From: Mustelus asterias | Lineage: Eukaryota | Length of the DNA: 64,000 bases | Reading direction: 5' to 3' | Assembly (NCBI RefSeq): GCF_964213995.1 | Contig: NW_027590122.1 | Span: 744,001-808,000, forward strand | Shown: positions 61,112 through 64,000 of the stretch, one piece after another | How positions within the stretch are numbered: position 1 is the first letter of the stretch | How the letters are laid out: every line of letters begins with the position of its first letter | The notes under the pieces: model-generated | Told to the model about the DNA's origin: nothing | What the model saw: only the letters and a program-made list of their open reading frames with translations | Databases searched by the model: none | Position numbers and translations under genes: made by a program

Positions 61112-61965
61112 ATAGAATCAAAGAGTCACAGAGAGTCGTAGAGGTTTACAGCATGAAAACAGGCACTTCGGCCCAACTTGTCCATGGCACCCCTTTTTTT
61201 AACTCCTAAGCTAGTCCCAATTGCCCACGTTTGGCCCATATCCCCCAATACCCATCTTACCCATGTAACTGTCTGAATGCTTTTTGAAAGACAAAATTGT
61301 TCTCTCCTCTTCTACTACCTCGGCCAGCTTGTTCCAGACACTCACCACCCTCTGTGTGAAAGAAATACCCCTCTCGACCCTTTTGTATTTATCCCCTCTC
61401 ACTTTAAACCTATGCCGTCTAGTTTTGGACTCCCCTACCTTTGGGGAAATGATCTATGCCCCTCAGTATTTTGTAGACTGCTATAAGGTCACCCCTAAGC
61501 CTCCTACGTTCCAGAGAAAAAAATCCCAGTCTATCCAGCCTCTCCTTATAACTCAAACCATCAAGTTCCGGTTGCATCCTAGTAAATCTTATCAGCACTA
61601 TTTCTAGTTTAATAATATCCGTTCTATAATAGGGTAACCAGAACTGTGCACAGTATTCCAAGTGTGGCCTTACCAATGTCTTGTACAAATTCAACAAGAC
61701 GTCCAAACTCCTGCATTCAACGTTCTGACCAAAGAAACCAAGCATGCCAAATGCCTTCTTCACCACTCTGTCCACCTCTGACTCCACTTTCATGGAGCTA
61801 TGAACATGTACCCCTTGATCTCTTTGTTCTATAACTCTCCCCAACGCCCTACCATTAACTGAGTAAGTCGTGCCCTGGTTCGATCAACTAAAATGCATCA
61901 GCTGGCAAATATCTGAATTAAACTTCATCTGCCATTCATCAGCCCATTGGCCCAATTGATCAAGA
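61112..61965 (-). mobile_element. CR1 3' fragment
   Basis: ORFs 61419-61844 (LVRPHLEYCAQFW) and 61211-61402. Confidence 0.9.
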
Positions 61966-63394
61966 TCAAGCTGAAACATGATCAAGATCATCTGAAACAT
62001 GTCTAATTGTATTGCGTCCTCACAAAGACAGTCACAAGTGAAACTGTAACTGAACTAGAGGAATGGCACAAACTTCCCAGAAGCATCTTTTAAAATTGTT
62101 CTTCATAATAAAGAAATGGGAAAAAACACTCAGACAGATGAGGAAATCGAGAATCAGTGCGGACCTACTGGACTTCCTACAGATGAACGATCCAGAATGC
62201 TTCACACACAAATAAAGAGCGATCGAGTATAACTAACAGATCATTCTGAAATCTCTTCCCTTTTAAGATATTTGATTTCATTTAAAAACTGACTTTGGTC
62301 AATCTCAAATAAACATCATGGGAGGTGTATTACTCAGTGACTCGAATTCATTTGTCAGTCAGTCATGTTTGCATTTCGATGTTGTATATTTCAGAGATAT
62401 TCAATTCAGAATGAGGACATAGCGTTAATTAAATGTATAGAAAGTAAATGTTGAATAAAGAACAAATACTGGAAAGAGCTGTTTGAAATTATTCAACGGA
62501 AGAGGAGAATGATGTATTAATGATTGTGCATATTCTATGATTCTATGATTCTATGATTTACAGCAGAAATCATTGCTCCCTCAGACGTTTTCTAGATGAA
62601 CGCTTTTATATTTTGAAATTCTAGATAAGTTGAGGCAGCACATTGAAAGTAACGGTTGTCTTCTTGTATTGAGGTACATGGACTCTGAAAGACACATGAA
62701 TTGCATAATCACAACCGCGGTCAGTAACTGGATGTTTCTTTTTATTCAACAACGCGATGTGGGTGTAGCTGGTTGTGACAGCAATATTACGCATCACTAA
62801 TTGGTTCTTGAGAAGGTGGTGGTGAGCTGCCTTCTTGAACTGCTGCAGTCGATTGGTTTCGGCACATCCAAAGAGCTGTAGGAGGTGGGGGTTGGGGGGG
62901 GGGGGGGACGGGTTCGGGGGGGGGAAGGGGTTCGTTATTCCAGGACCTTGTCCCAGTGACAGTGAAGGAACAGCGATATATTTCCAAGTCAGTGTGGTGG
63001 TTAGCTTGGAGGGGAACTTCCAGATGGTAGCGGTCCTGGGTTTGAAAGCTGCTCTCTAAGATGCATTTGGTGAGTTCATGCATTATCCAGACAAATGGAG
63101 AATATTTCATCGCACTCTTGACTTGTGCCTTGTAAATGGTGGACAGGTTTTAGAGACTCAGGAGGTGAATTCCTCACCGCAGGATTCCCAGCCTCTGACC
63201 TGCTCTTGTAGCCACTGCACGAACTGATAAAATGTGTGCTGAGCCACAATATGAGCATTTCTTTTTGTGCTCAGTGTGTAGTGGATTTTCAGCACTTCTA
63301 TTCTTTTTTTTTTCTGAATGCATCTTGAGGCATATGTAACAGCCAATGTCATACGCTTGTAAAATATTCTTTTCAAGTAATATTCAGTAAGAGG

Positions 63395-63561
63395 TCTCAC
63401 AACACCAGCTTAATGTCCAACAGATTTAGTTGGAATCACTCACCTGATGAAGGTACAGCGCTCCGAAAGCTCGAAATTCCAAATAAACGTGATGGACTTT
63501 AACCTGATGTGAGACTTCTTACTTTGCCCACCCCAGTCCAATGCGAGGCATCTCCACCTCA
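63395..63561 (+). mobile_element. Penelope-like fragment with an inverted 5' duplication and a hammerhead motif (63441-63473)
   Basis: cac-ctgatga-a-ggtacagcgctcc-gaaa-gctc; upstream ctcacaacacc...ttggaatc is the inverted counterpart of downstream ttccaaataaac...gtgag. Confidence 0.65.
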
Positions 63562-63809
63562 AGTGATATTCGACAATTGGTCCAGTGAGGGGAGTGGTGA
63601 GTGGTTGGGCAGTGTTATTTTCTTTAATTGCAACACGGCAGATTAACTCAGCAACTCAATTCAAGGGCAATTAGGAATGACTGTAAATGAACAAAGAAAA
63701 TCACAATGGTGGAGCCGATCGTCACAAGTAAACAAATAATTTTGACAAAGCTTCTGCCCTATTCTGAAGCGTCGACCCAATATGGAACATCTGCCGCAAG
63801 TTTGCACAT

Positions 63810-63882
63810 GGGCTAGTGGCGCATTGGATAATGCGTCTGACTATGGGTCAAATGGTTCCAGGTTCGACTTCTGGCTTGCTCG
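63810..63882 (+). pseudogene. tRNA-Arg(ACG)-derived pseudogene (anticodon now ATG)
   Basis: GGGCTAGTGGCGCATTGGATAATGCGTCTGACTATGGGTCAAATGGTTCCAGGTTCGACTTCTGGCTTGCTCG. Confidence 0.8.
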
Positions 63883-64000
63883 ATGCAACTTTAAAAAAAG
63901 TTTACAAGTTCCATGTTACTTTCGATGACTGCCTTTAATAACATTAGTTTCACTCAGGTAAATGCTGACGAACTTCAGTTTGCTTCTCTCGAGAGATTTA

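Overview
Eukaryotic, repeat-dominated genomic DNA, almost certainly from a shark or other elasmobranch: HE1-type V-SINEs, SacSINE1/Deu-type SINEs and many CR1 LINEs. The right third looks like the edge of a T-cell receptor alpha/delta V region. It has three leader+V segments with 23-bp-spacer RSSs: one apparently intact (58976-59474) and two pseudogenes. These are interleaved with a tRNA cluster that is mostly decayed: Thr-TGT, a tandem array of Val relics in ~1.2-kb duplicated units, Arg-ACG relics and Pro. Highlights: (1) a tRNA-Pro(AGG) with perfect exons and an 18-nt intron at the canonical 37/38 site with correct anticodon-intron pairing, which is not one of the usual vertebrate intron-bearing isoacceptors; (2) a young, ORF-intact processed retrocopy of MESD with poly(A) and a 14-bp TSD; (3) a CR1 with both ORFs intact, whose ORF1 ends on a U_UUA_AAC slippery heptamer followed by a G tract; (4) minimal hammerhead-ribozyme motifs in Penelope-derived repeats; (5) a three-level nested CR1>CR1>Tx1 insertion; (6) low-confidence exon relics of Ig C1-transmembrane receptor genes. 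No CRISPR array or rRNA was seen. Repeat boundaries were read by eye and are approximate.
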